In this document: in pieces, positions 20,490 through 29,468 of the stretch
Numbering within the stretch: the stretch's first letter is position 1
How the letters are laid out: every line of letters starts with the position of its first letter
Assembly (NCBI GenBank): GCA_046758505.1
Contig: JBHIAH010000023.1
Span: 1 to 33,320, forward strand
Length of the DNA stretch: 33,320 bases
DNA from: Candidatus Methylomirabilales bacterium
Lineage (GTDB): Bacteria > Methylomirabilota > Methylomirabilia > Methylomirabilales > CSP1-5
Direction: 5' to 3'
Notes under the pieces: model-generated
The model's input: only the letters and a program-made list of their open reading frames with translations
Told to the model about the DNA's origin: nothing
Database searches by the model: none
Program-made: the position numbers and the translations under genes

Positions 20490-21290
20490 ATGTCTCGGAT
20501 CGGGATCATTGCTGGTTCCGGTCCCCTCCCCTTGTTGGCCGCCCGTGAGGCCAAGGCGTCGGGGCGGAAGGTGACCGTGGTGGCCATTCGGGAGGAGGCG
20601 GACCCTGCCGTGGAGGCGGTGGCGGATCGCCTCCACTGGGTTGGAGTCGGTCAATTGGGTGGGCTCATTCGGGCGTTCAAGCAGGATGGGGTGAGCGAGG
20701 CGATCATGGTCGGCAAGGTCCGGATGGGCCACCTCTTCACCCGCGTCCGCCCTGACGTCCGGGGAGCCCTTCTCTATATGCGCCTCAAAGATCGGCGTGG
20801 GGACTCCATCATGGAAGGGGTCGCCCAGGAACTCCAGCAGGCCGGGATTGCTCTGCTCGAGTGTACTCGGTTTCTCACGGGGGTGCTGGTAGAGCAAGGG
20901 GTCCTCACGCGGAGGGTTCCGACCCCGCGCGAGTGGGAGGATATTCGGTTCGGGCAGGAGATCGCTCGAACCGTCGCTCAGTTGAAGATCGGGCAGGCGG
21001 TCGTGGTCAAGAACGGCACCGTGCTTGCCGTGGAAGCGATTGAGGGGACCGACGCCGCGGTGAGACGGGGGGCGGAGCTCGGGCGGGAAGGTGTGGTCGT
21101 CGTCAAGGGCTCCCGGCCCGAACACGATTTCCGATTTGACGTGCCGGTGATCGGTACCACCACAATCGCGGTCCTGCGGGAGGTAGGGGGAACGGCTCTG
21201 GCCGTGGAGGCGAAGCGGACCTTGCTCCTTGATCGGGAGGAGACGCTCGCGCTGGCGGATGGGGCGGGCATCGCCGTTGTGGCCACCTAG
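20490..21290 (+). CDS. lpxI: UDP-2,3-diacylglucosamine pyrophosphatase LpxI
   Basis: IGIIAGSGPLP, IGQAVVV, AVEAIEGTD, D.RFDVPVIG. Confidence 0.95.
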   Translation: MSRIGIIAGSGPLPLLAAREAKASGRKVTVVAIREEADPAVEAVADRLHWVGVGQLGGLIRAFKQDGVSEAIMVGKVRMGHLFTRVRPDVRGALLYMRLKDRRGDSIMEGVAQELQQAGIALLECTRFLTGVLVEQGVLTRRVPTPREWEDIRFGQEIARTVAQLKIGQAVVVKNGTVLAVEAIEGTDAAVRRGAELGREGVVVVKGSRPEHDFRFDVPVIGTTTIAVLREVGGTALAVEAKRTLLLDREETLALADGAGIAVVAT

Positions 21291-21295
21291 GATCG

Positions 21296-21465
21296 GTTCT
21301 TGGTTCACAGTTCAGGGCTCATAGGGTTGGACTCGGGAACACGGAACGTTCAGGTTTTGAAGTATCCTGGCTTACTTGGCCATCTGATTGTTGAGCATGA
21401 GCGCTGATCCATCCAGCATGAACCCTCAACCCTCAACCCTGACCCATGAACCCTGAACCATGAAC
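21296..21465. repeat. inverted heptamer arrays bracketing the lpxI-gnnA spacer
   Basis: left GTTCTTG GTTCACA GTTCAGG GCTCATA (21296-21323); right CATGAAC CCTCAAC CCTCAAC CCTGACC CATGAAC CCTGAAC CATGAAC (21417-21465). Confidence 0.88.
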
Positions 21466-21466
21466 G

Positions 21467-22414
21467 ATGGACGGTGAGCGAAAAATACGGGTGGGCGTCA
21501 TCGGCGTGGGGCATGTGGGCTACCACCACGCTCGGATCTACCGCGAACTTCCTGGCGTCGAGCTGGCCGGCATCGCCGACATTAATCCCGCCACACTTCA
21601 GGAGGTGCGCGGAACGCTGGGGGTGCCGGCGATTCGGGATTACCAGGGCCTTTTTGGCCGGGTGGACGGAGTCAGCGTGGCCGTCCCCACGCATCTGCAC
21701 GCCCCCATTGCCCGCGCCTGCCTGGAGCGCGGGGTCGACGTCCTCGTTGAGAAACCCCTGGCCGAGACGCTGGAGGAAGCGGAAGAGCTGGCGGATGTGG
21801 CGAGACGGCAGGGCCGAATCCTGCAGGTGGGGCATGTGGAACGCTTTAACGGCGCGGTCCGGGCCCTGCACCGGATTGTCAAGGCGCCTGGCTTCATCGA
21901 GTGTCATCGCCTGAGCTCGTTCCCTCGGCGTGGCACCGACGTGGACGTGATCCTCGATCTCATGATCCACGACATCGATATTATCCTCAGCCTGGTGAAG
22001 TCTCCGGTGACGGAGGTGCATGCTGTTGGGGTGCCAGTCCTCACCGATCGAGTAGATATCGCCAATGCCAGGCTGAAGTTCGCATCGGGGTGTGTGGCCA
22101 ACGTGACCGCCAGCCGGGTGAGCGCCGAGCGCATCCGCAAGATCCGTATCTTCCAACCGGACACCTACGTTTCTCTCGATTACGCCAGTCAAGCAATCAC
22201 CCTCTACCGTCGCCTTCCACCGGATTCTGCCTCGCACCCGGCGCAGCCTCCCCAGATCGTCAAGGAGGAGGTGGCCGTGGAGAAAGAGGAACCCCTCCGC
22301 CTCGAGCTCACGAGCTTTCTCAGCTCGGTTCGGGAGCGGACGCGGCCAGAGGTGGGGGGGGAGGAGGCGGTGGAGGCCCTCCGCGTCGCCTCCCAGATCT
22401 TGGCCAAGATGTGA
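21467..22414 (+). CDS. Gfo/Idh/MocA oxidoreductase, probably GnnA-like UDP-GlcNAc 3-dehydrogenase
   Basis: GVIGVGHVG, LVEKP, QVGHVERFN, DLMIHDID, ASRVS; position between lpxI and lpxB. Confidence 0.85.
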   Translation: MDGERKIRVGVIGVGHVGYHHARIYRELPGVELAGIADINPATLQEVRGTLGVPAIRDYQGLFGRVDGVSVAVPTHLHAPIARACLERGVDVLVEKPLAETLEEAEELADVARRQGRILQVGHVERFNGAVRALHRIVKAPGFIECHRLSSFPRRGTDVDVILDLMIHDIDIILSLVKSPVTEVHAVGVPVLTDRVDIANARLKFASGCVANVTASRVSAERIRKIRIFQPDTYVSLDYASQAITLYRRLPPDSASHPAQPPQIVKEEVAVEKEEPLRLELTSFLSSVRERTRPEVGGEEAVEALRVASQILAKM

Positions 22415-22420
22415 ATTCAT

Positions 22421-22515
22421 GCCCGAAGTCCGAAGTCCAACGTCCGATGCCACAGGAAACACAAAAGAATCCCAGGTGCTTCTCGACTTCGGACTTCGGG
22501 CGTCGGACCTCGGAC
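22421..22515. repeat. inverted heptamer arrays bracketing the gnnA-lpxB spacer
   Basis: left GCCCGAA GTCCGAA GTCCAAC GTCCGAT (22421-22448); right TTCGGAC TTCGGGC GTCGGAC CTCGGAC (22488-22515). Confidence 0.9.
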
Positions 22516-22516
22516 A

Positions 22517-23668
22517 ATGAATACGAAAATTTTCATCGTCGCCGGGGAGGCTTCCGGAGACCTCCATGGGGCTGACGTGACGCGGGCCCTCCAAACCCTC
22601 GAGCCGCAGGTGAGGCTTGTGGGAATGGGGGGCGAGCGGATGCGGCAGGCCGGCGTCAGGCTCTTGGTCGATGCGGGAGAGTTGGCGGCGGTCGGGGTGA
22701 CCGAGGCCCTCTCGCGCATGGTGGGGTTGGTGCGCGCATTTCGGCAGCTTCGGAGGGCCCTCACCGCGGAACGTCCAGGCCTTCTCCTTTTGATCGACTT
22801 CCCCGACTTCAACTTTTGGCTGGCACGTGCTTCCCGGCGGATCGGAATTCCGGTGCTCTACTACATTAGCCCTCAGGTCTGGGCCTGGCGCAGAGGAAGA
22901 ATCCGGACCCTGAAGCGGCTGGTGAAAAAGATGCTGGTTATCTTCCCCTTCGAGGAAGCCCTGTACCGTGAGGCCGGCGTCCCCGTCGCTTTTGTCGGAC
23001 ACCCCATGCTGGACCGGCTGCGGGATGTGCCGACCAGAGAAGAAGCCCGTCGCCTGATCGGGTGCGGCGCTTCGGATCTGATCGTTGGCCTGCTCCCCGG
23101 AAGCCGGGAGGGAGAGGTCAGGCAGCACCTCCCGGTGCTGAAAGAGGCGGTGGCCCGGATGGTCCAGGCGAAGCCCGAGGTCCAGTTTCTCCTGGCCGTG
23201 GCCGATTCCCTCCCTCCCCACCTCGTGGAGACGCTCCTCTCAGCGAACAATGCTCCTATCCGACCGCTTCGGGGCCTCACGTACGAGGTCATGCGGGCGG
23301 CAGACCTGCTGATTGCCGCCTCGGGGACGGCAACACTCGAAGCAGGACTCCTCGGGACCCCCATGGTCATCGTCTACCGAGTCTCTCGTCTCACCTGGTG
23401 GGCGGGGAGACTCTTGGTAGATGTTCCCTCCATTGGGATGGTAAACTTGGTTGCGGGGAGACGCGTGGTGCCCGAGCTTCTGCAGGGGGACTGCACCCCA
23501 GAGCGGGTCGCGAGGACCGCCCTGGATCTCCTCCAGAATCCTCAGGCCCTCGGGGGGATCCGCGAGAAGCTGCGGGAGGTTCGGGGGAAGCTCGGGGAGG
23601 AGGGGGCCTCTCTTCGGGCAGCCCGAGAGGTCCTGAAAGCGCTGCATGAGAGCGGGGGGGAGCATTAA
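22517..23668 (+). CDS. lpxB: lipid-A-disaccharide synthase
   Basis: AGEASGDLHG, IDFPDFN, YYISPQVWAWR, LLPGSR, SGTATLE, PELLQ. Confidence 0.98.
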   Translation: MNTKIFIVAGEASGDLHGADVTRALQTLEPQVRLVGMGGERMRQAGVRLLVDAGELAAVGVTEALSRMVGLVRAFRQLRRALTAERPGLLLLIDFPDFNFWLARASRRIGIPVLYYISPQVWAWRRGRIRTLKRLVKKMLVIFPFEEALYREAGVPVAFVGHPMLDRLRDVPTREEARRLIGCGASDLIVGLLPGSREGEVRQHLPVLKEAVARMVQAKPEVQFLLAVADSLPPHLVETLLSANNAPIRPLRGLTYEVMRAADLLIAASGTATLEAGLLGTPMVIVYRVSRLTWWAGRLLVDVPSIGMVNLVAGRRVVPELLQGDCTPERVARTALDLLQNPQALGGIREKLREVRGKLGEEGASLRAAREVLKALHESGGEH

Positions 23669-23669
23669 G

Positions 23670-24380
23670 GTGGAGGGCGGTTGGAAACGGTATCGGGCAC
23701 ATCCTGTTGTTATCGCGGGGCTGACCCGCCTGGCAGCGGTTCTACTCCGCGGTCTGTATCGGTCGCTGCGGGTCACCCACGTGGGGGGTGATGTGCTCGA
23801 CCGTCTCCTGTCGACAGAGGGAGGTCGGGTCGTGGCAGCTTTCTGGCATGGCCGCCTCCTCATGATGCCCTTTGCCTGTCCCCGGGTTCCCTGGGCTATT
23901 ATGGTGAGCCGACATCCGGATGGGGAGTATATCAGTCGGGTGGCCGAGCGCTTTGGCATTTACGCGGTCCGGGGCTCGGCGCGCCGTGGCGGCCCATGGG
24001 CCCTGTTGGGGATGCTTCGGGCCTCCCGGAGGGGGTATCATCTGGCGATCACTCCCGACGGGCCTCTCGGCCCGCGGGAGCAGGTCAAGCCTGGAACGAT
24101 AGAGCTTGCCCGCCTGGCAGGCGCCCCGCTTATCCCTGTCGCCTTTGCCGCCTCCCGGGGAAAGTTCCTGCGAAGTTGGGACCGGTTTCTGCTTCCCTAT
24201 CCCTTTGGGCAGGGGGTGTTTGTATACGGAGAGCCGGTGGTGGTCTCTCCGAAGGCCGGGCCGGAAGAAGTAGAAAAGGCGCGGGTGGTCTTGGAGGAGC
24301 GCCTCCGTCACGTCACGGCGCTGGCTGATGCCTCCGTGAAACAACGGCGCTCAGCCATGGGGTATCGGCCCTCGACCTGA
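23670..24380 (+). CDS. DUF374 lysophospholipid acyltransferase-family protein
   Basis: AFWHGR, S.H.DG, VRGS, ITPDGP.GP, SWDRF.LP.PF; GTG 23670 after GGGGGAG (ORF track start 23646). Confidence 0.88.
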   Translation: MEGGWKRYRAHPVVIAGLTRLAAVLLRGLYRSLRVTHVGGDVLDRLLSTEGGRVVAAFWHGRLLMMPFACPRVPWAIMVSRHPDGEYISRVAERFGIYAVRGSARRGGPWALLGMLRASRRGYHLAITPDGPLGPREQVKPGTIELARLAGAPLIPVAFAASRGKFLRSWDRFLLPYPFGQGVFVYGEPVVVSPKAGPEEVEKARVVLEERLRHVTALADASVKQRRSAMGYRPST

Positions 24381-24428
24381 ACATCTGGGGAGACTCCTTC
24401 CCATGACGATGCCTGACCGCGTACCGAA

Positions 24429-25709
24429 GTGATGAGAACCCTGTACAGCATTGGCCTCTTCATCGCGTTGCTTCCCTATCTCCCCCGGCTCCTCCGCCGC
24501 GTGGGCCGAAGCGGTCCGTACGGTCTTGGGCTGCGGGAGCGGCTGGGGCGATACCCCGAGTCGCTCGCCGTCGCACTCCGCGAAAAACATCCCCTCTGGC
24601 TGCACTCGGTTTCGGTGGGGGAGGCGGTCGTGGGAAGTATCTTGGTTGCGAGGCTTCTTGCGCGGCGGCCCGAATTTCCGCTTCTCGTCTCGACCGTCAC
24701 CACGACGGGACGAAAGGTTGCTGAGGAGCGGATCCCCCACGCGGACGCGCACATCTACTTTCCCCTGGACTTCCCCAGGCCGGTGGCCCGGGCGCTCACC
24801 GCCGTCGCTCCCCGGCTCGTCCTGCTCACGGAGGGAGAGATCTGGCCAAACTTCCTGGAGGCCTGCCATCTTCGGACGATTCCGGTTCTGTTGGTCAACG
24901 GGCGGATATCGCGTCGGTCCTTCCGACGCTACCAGGTGGTCAAGCCCTTGTTCCGGCGCGTGCTTGAACGCATCACCCTCTTCTGCATGCAGGGCGAGGT
25001 GGACGCCCAGAGGATTCTCGCGTTGGGAGCCGATCCGGAGCGGGTCGTGGTCACCGGGAACATCAAGTACGACGATGGGGGGGCGAATGACCCCTCCCCT
25101 CCCCATCTTGCTTCACTGGCCCGTCGCATGAACGGACGCCCGGTCTGGGTGGCCGGGAGTACCCACCGGGGAGAGGAGGGTCTCATCCTTCACGCCTTTC
25201 AGGAGGTCAGGCGGGAAGCTCCCGAGTCGCTTCTGGTGCTTGCGCCGCGCCATCCGGAGCGTGTTCCCGAGGTCGAGACACTGCTTCGGGAGGCGGACAT
25301 TCCGTGTGTTCGCCGGAGCCGGCTGGGAGAGGGAATGTTCGAGCTCCCCCCGGTCATTCTGGTAGACACCATGGGAGAGTTGGGCCACCTCTACTCGCTC
25401 GCCACCGTGGCCTTTGTGGGGGGGAGCTTGGTCCCGGTGGGGGGCCACAACATCTTGGAGCCTGCCCGGTATCGGCGGCCTATCCTATTCGGTCCCTACA
25501 TGGACAATTTTGCCGAGGTGACTGAATCTTTCCTGGTAGAGGGGATGCCCCACGAGGTTCGTGACCCCACCGAGCTGGCCGGACGGGTCCTGGAGCTCTT
25601 CCGGAATCCTGCCGCTGCAAGCCAGATGGGGGAGGCCGCCCACCGGGTGTTGACGAGGAACCGGGGGGCGGCGGAACGAACCGTCACCCTGGTGGAGAAG
25701 TATCTGTGA
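24429..25709 (+). CDS. waaA: 3-deoxy-D-manno-octulosonic acid (Kdo) transferase
   Basis: WLHSVSVGE, YFPLD, EIWPN, GNIKYD, AGSTH.GEE, APRHPER, GGHNILEP. Confidence 0.97.
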   Translation: MMRTLYSIGLFIALLPYLPRLLRRVGRSGPYGLGLRERLGRYPESLAVALREKHPLWLHSVSVGEAVVGSILVARLLARRPEFPLLVSTVTTTGRKVAEERIPHADAHIYFPLDFPRPVARALTAVAPRLVLLTEGEIWPNFLEACHLRTIPVLLVNGRISRRSFRRYQVVKPLFRRVLERITLFCMQGEVDAQRILALGADPERVVVTGNIKYDDGGANDPSPPHLASLARRMNGRPVWVAGSTHRGEEGLILHAFQEVRREAPESLLVLAPRHPERVPEVETLLREADIPCVRRSRLGEGMFELPPVILVDTMGELGHLYSLATVAFVGGSLVPVGGHNILEPARYRRPILFGPYMDNFAEVTESFLVEGMPHEVRDPTELAGRVLELFRNPAAASQMGEAAHRVLTRNRGAAERTVTLVEKYL

Positions 25710-26797
25710 ATCCGACCCTCCACCACTACCATCGCCGGTGGATTGCCGGTCACGGCCCGTGGGGGGGACCGGTCCGCTGCTTCCTCCGCGTCGCCTCCTG
25801 GATGTACGGGCTGGCTGTCCTGGGGCGCCTGGGCCTGTACCGGTCTGGTCTGTTCAGGCGCGCCCGCCTTTCCACCCGGGTCATCAGCGTGGGGAACATC
25901 ACGGTCGGCGGGACCGGGAAGACCCCCTTTGTGATCCTTCTGGTGCAGGAGCTTCAGGGGCGTGGGCTGCGACCGGCAGTGGTCCTCAGGGGGTACGGGG
26001 GGAAGAAGGAAGGGGCGCTGGCGGTTGTCTCCGACGGGGAGACAATCCGGCTCGACTATCCAGGGGTCGGGGATGAGGCATTGCTGCTGGCGCGAAAGTT
26101 GCCCGGCGTTCCGATCCTGATGTCCGCGGATCGGGTCGAGGGGTGCCAGGTGGCAGTTCGCGATTTCGGAGCACAGGTCACCGTCCTGGATGACGGGTTC
26201 CAACACCTCCGGGTCGAGCGGGATCTGGACATCGTGCTCCTCGACGGGGAGGATCCCTTCGGATGCGGCTTCCTTCTCCCCCGAGGGCTCCTTCGCGAGC
26301 CCGTCGGTGGCCTCCGGCGGGCGGACCTTTGTGTGATGACCAGGGCAGGGGATCCCCGGGGGCCCTGTGACGTCCCACCCCGATTGCGCGACATCGGTCG
26401 GGGGCCGCTCCTCGACGCGGTCTATACCCCGACCGTCCTGACCGACCTAAAGACCAAAGAGACGGTTGCCGAGGAGGACCTCCGCGGTCAAGAGGTCGTC
26501 GCGTTCTCCGGGATCGCGAACCCGCCGGGCTTTGCGCGGACCCTCCGGTCGTGCGGCATTTTCCCGGCGGATTATCTCGTCTTTCCGGATCATCATCCGT
26601 ACACGACCTCGGATCTTGCGGGCATCGCACGCCGGATGGAGGAGGTGGGGGCCACCGTCGCCCTGACGACCGAAAAGGATGCGGTCCGGCTTGAAAAGCT
26701 CCTCCTCCCAGTCCCGGTCATAACGGTCGGGGTCAGGCTGAGCCTCACCGGGGGCCAGGCGGAGCTCAAGCGTTTCTTGGACGCCCTGTTTCCTTGA
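25706..26797 (+). CDS. lpxK: tetraacyldisaccharide 4'-kinase
   Basis: SVGNITVGGTGKTP, GDEALL, LDDGFQH, LLP.G.LREP, FPDHH, TTEKDAV. Confidence 0.97.
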   Translation: MNPTLHHYHRRWIAGHGPWGGPVRCFLRVASWMYGLAVLGRLGLYRSGLFRRARLSTRVISVGNITVGGTGKTPFVILLVQELQGRGLRPAVVLRGYGGKKEGALAVVSDGETIRLDYPGVGDEALLLARKLPGVPILMSADRVEGCQVAVRDFGAQVTVLDDGFQHLRVERDLDIVLLDGEDPFGCGFLLPRGLLREPVGGLRRADLCVMTRAGDPRGPCDVPPRLRDIGRGPLLDAVYTPTVLTDLKTKETVAEEDLRGQEVVAFSGIANPPGFARTLRSCGIFPADYLVFPDHHPYTTSDLAGIARRMEEVGATVALTTEKDAVRLEKLLLPVPVITVGVRLSLTGGQAELKRFLDALFP

Positions 26798-26807
26798 GGG
26801 TAAAGGG

Positions 26808-27719
26808 GTGAAAGGACGGTCTCGGTGGGTTGACCTGGTGACATATACGGCCGTTGTGGGGGTGGCATTTCCTATTGCGTACCTGCCGCTCTGGATCACC
26901 TATCCGCTTGGCGAGGCCCTCGGTCGCCTCGCTTTTTTTGTGGACCGGCGGCACCGGAGGGTGGCCTGTGAGAACCTACGCCTGGCCTTTGGCAACTCCC
27001 GGCACCCGGATGAAATCACGGCGATGGCGCGGGCCCATTTTCGCTGCCTTGGTCAGAGCTTTGTGGATATCTGTCGTCTGCTCCGGCTGAGCCCGCGTCA
27101 CCTCAAAGAGGCGCTCGACGTCGAGGGGCTGGAAGTCTTGGAACGTCCCCGGGCCAAGGGCCAGGGGGTTTTGTATGTGACGGGGCACTTTGGCCCGTGG
27201 GAGTATCTCCCGGCCGTCTCGACCCATCTGACGGACGAACCCCTCACTGTTGTGGCCCGGCCCCTGGACAATCAATATCTGGATCGGTTCCTCAATGCGA
27301 TGCGACGTCGCTGGGGGAGTCAGGTGGTGCGGAAGCGGGAAGCCATGAGGGCTTTGATGGATGTCCTGCGCCGGGGTGGAAAGGTCGGTGTCCTGATCGA
27401 TCAACACGTCTCGCGAGGAGAGGGGGTCGCGGTGAATTTCTTCGGCCACCCGGCCCGGACCACCACCGCCCCGGCCTTCTTGGCCCTTCGGAGTGGCGCG
27501 GCGGTTATCCCCGTGGTGGTTGTCAGGGAGGGGAAGGGACGGTTCCGGGTCCTCCTGGGCAAGGAGGTTGATCCTCCCCGCACCGGAAAGGTCAAGGACG
27601 ATGTGGTCGCGTTCACCGCCGCCATGACGCAGGCCCTGGAAGAACTCATCCGCCGCAGCCCAGAGCAGTGGTTATGGGTCCACCGGCGCTGGAAGCATCT
27701 GACAGAAAGAGGCAGTTAG
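26808..27719 (+). CDS. lpxL: lipid A late (lauroyl-type) acyltransferase, LpxL/HtrB family
   Basis: TGHFGPWE, R.LDN, DQ, FFG, PEQWLWVHRRWK. Confidence 0.9.
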   Translation: MKGRSRWVDLVTYTAVVGVAFPIAYLPLWITYPLGEALGRLAFFVDRRHRRVACENLRLAFGNSRHPDEITAMARAHFRCLGQSFVDICRLLRLSPRHLKEALDVEGLEVLERPRAKGQGVLYVTGHFGPWEYLPAVSTHLTDEPLTVVARPLDNQYLDRFLNAMRRRWGSQVVRKREAMRALMDVLRRGGKVGVLIDQHVSRGEGVAVNFFGHPARTTTAPAFLALRSGAAVIPVVVVREGKGRFRVLLGKEVDPPRTGKVKDDVVAFTAAMTQALEELIRRSPEQWLWVHRRWKHLTERGS

Positions 27720-27791
27720 CGGTCGGCAGTCCGACACGAGAGCGCTGGAAGGCTTGAACGCTGGGAAGATAACACGCTAGAAAGCTAGCAG
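27711..27791. repeat. heptamer triplet then octamer array (GCTnGAAN-like x6)
   Basis: GGCAGTT AGCGGTC GGCAGTC (27711-27731); GCTGGAAG GCTTGAAC GCTGGGAA GATAACAC GCTAGAAA GCTAGCAG (27744-27791). Confidence 0.65.
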
Positions 27792-27808
27792 GTCTACGGG
27801 CGGATTAC

Positions 27809-28888
27809 ATGAGGGTCATCGAGCGAAAGGTGGTTGACCCGGCCGGGATCCGCCGTATCCTGATCCGGGGTGTGAACTGGGTCGGGGACGCGGTGATGAC
27901 GACGCCCGCCATCGCCGGGATCCGGAAGACCTTTCCCCGCGCGACCATCTCTCTCTTGGTCAAGCCGCACGTCGCAGGGGTCTTTGAGGGGAGCCCTCAT
28001 ATCGACGAAATAGTCCTCTACGACCGGGAGGGCCGTCACGGGGGGGTGTCGGGGTTGGTCCGCCTGGCCCACGAGCTTCGAGACGCCCGGTTCGATCTTG
28101 CCATCGTGCTTCAGAACGCCTTTGAGGCGGCGCTCCTCACGGCCCTGGCTCGAATTCCGCGCCGGGTCGGCTACGGGACCCAGGGAAGAGGCCTCCTCCT
28201 GACCACGGTGGTGGTCCAGGACCGATCGACGAGACGGCTGCATCACGTTGACTATTACCGGGCCCTCCTGAGCGGGCTCGGGTGGGTGGAGGGAGACCGG
28301 GAGCCCCGTCTGTACCTCGGTCGGGGGGTAGAGGAAAGGGCAGACGCCCTTCTCAGGGGGGAGGGAGTGCGGGGGGAGGAACCCCTCGTTGCGTTCAATC
28401 CGGGTTCGACCTATGGCTGGGCCAAGCGCTGGCCGGTAGAGCGGTTTGCCGGCTTGGCCGATCGGCTGGTCGAGCAGCTTGGGGTGAGGGTCCTGCTTAC
28501 CGGAGCGGCCGCCGACCGCCCGGTGGCGAAGGCCGTCCGATCAGGTTCCCGCAGTCCGGAGCGCGTCATCGATCTGGCTGGCCGAACGGATATCCAGCTT
28601 CTGGCGGCGGTGCTCAAACGGTGCACCGCATTCGTGACCAATGATACGGGGGCGATGCACGTCGGGGCAGCCGTCGGCGTCCCGGTTGTGGCGATCTTTG
28701 GACCCACCGATCCAGAGACCACCTCACCCGTAAGAGGGCACGAGCTGCTGAGACACCCGGTCCCATGCAGCCCCTGCCTGCTCCGCGAGTGTCCTATTGA
28801 CCACCGGTGTATGACCGGGATTTCTGTTGACATGGTGTTGTCTTCAGTTATAAATAATTACACTAGACACTATAATGTAGAACATTAA
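27809..28888 (+). CDS. waaF: lipopolysaccharide heptosyltransferase II (GT9)
   Basis: NWVGDAVM, PGSTYG.AKRWP, NDTGAMH, FGPT, CSPC..RECP..H.CM. Confidence 0.95.
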   Translation: MRVIERKVVDPAGIRRILIRGVNWVGDAVMTTPAIAGIRKTFPRATISLLVKPHVAGVFEGSPHIDEIVLYDREGRHGGVSGLVRLAHELRDARFDLAIVLQNAFEAALLTALARIPRRVGYGTQGRGLLLTTVVVQDRSTRRLHHVDYYRALLSGLGWVEGDREPRLYLGRGVEERADALLRGEGVRGEEPLVAFNPGSTYGWAKRWPVERFAGLADRLVEQLGVRVLLTGAAADRPVAKAVRSGSRSPERVIDLAGRTDIQLLAAVLKRCTAFVTNDTGAMHVGAAVGVPVVAIFGPTDPETTSPVRGHELLRHPVPCSPCLLRECPIDHRCMTGISVDMVLSSVINNYTRHYNVEH

Positions 28889-28901
28889 CTCGTCGGCGAA
28901 G

Positions 28902-29468
28902 ATGACGTACGCACCGGGAGTCTTTCTGGACCGGGACGGGACCATCAACGAGGACCCGGGGTATCTCACGGATCCGTCCGAGGTCCGCCTGTTGCCGGGG
29001 GTCGGCGGGGCGCTGCGGCTGCTTCAAGAGGCGGGCTTTCGCCTGGTAGTGGTGAGCAACCAGTCGGGCGTGGCCCGGGGCCTTTTGACCGAGACGATGC
29101 TGCGCAGGATCCACGTGCGGCTCGAGACCCTGCTCGGGGCAGAGGGAGTACGGCTTGCAGGAACGTACTACTGCCCCCACCACCCGGAGGGGGCTCCCCC
29201 GTATCGGCAGGCGTGCAGTTGCCGAAAGCCGCAGGGGGGGTTGGTTGAGCAGGCTGCGCGGGAGCATCACATCGATCTCGGCCGCTCATATGTTGTTGGG
29301 GATCAGTTCGGTGATATCGAGCTAGCGCGGCAGATGGGGATGCCCGGTATCCTGGTGCTCACCGGACCGGGGGGGCTTGACCGGGCGTCGAAAAGAGTGA
29401 CGCCGGATTACATCGCCGCTGACCTGACGGCCGCGGCCCGGTGGATCCTCGAGAGGCGCGCCGTATGA
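28902..29468 (+). CDS. gmhB: D-glycero-D-manno-heptose-1,7-bisphosphate phosphatase
   Basis: FLDRDGT, SNQSGVARG, CPHHP...C.CRKP, VGD. Confidence 0.95.
   Translation: MTYAPGVFLDRDGTINEDPGYLTDPSEVRLLPGVGGALRLLQEAGFRLVVVSNQSGVARGLLTETMLRRIHVRLETLLGAEGVRLAGTYYCPHHPEGAPPYRQACSCRKPQGGLVEQAAREHHIDLGRSYVVGDQFGDIELARQMGMPGILVLTGPGGLDRASKRVTPDYIAADLTAAARWILERRAV

Noticed and set aside
21350..23221. 623-aa minus-strand ORF
   Set aside because: Antisense to the gnnA-like gene and lpxB and reads through repeat spacers; no motifs
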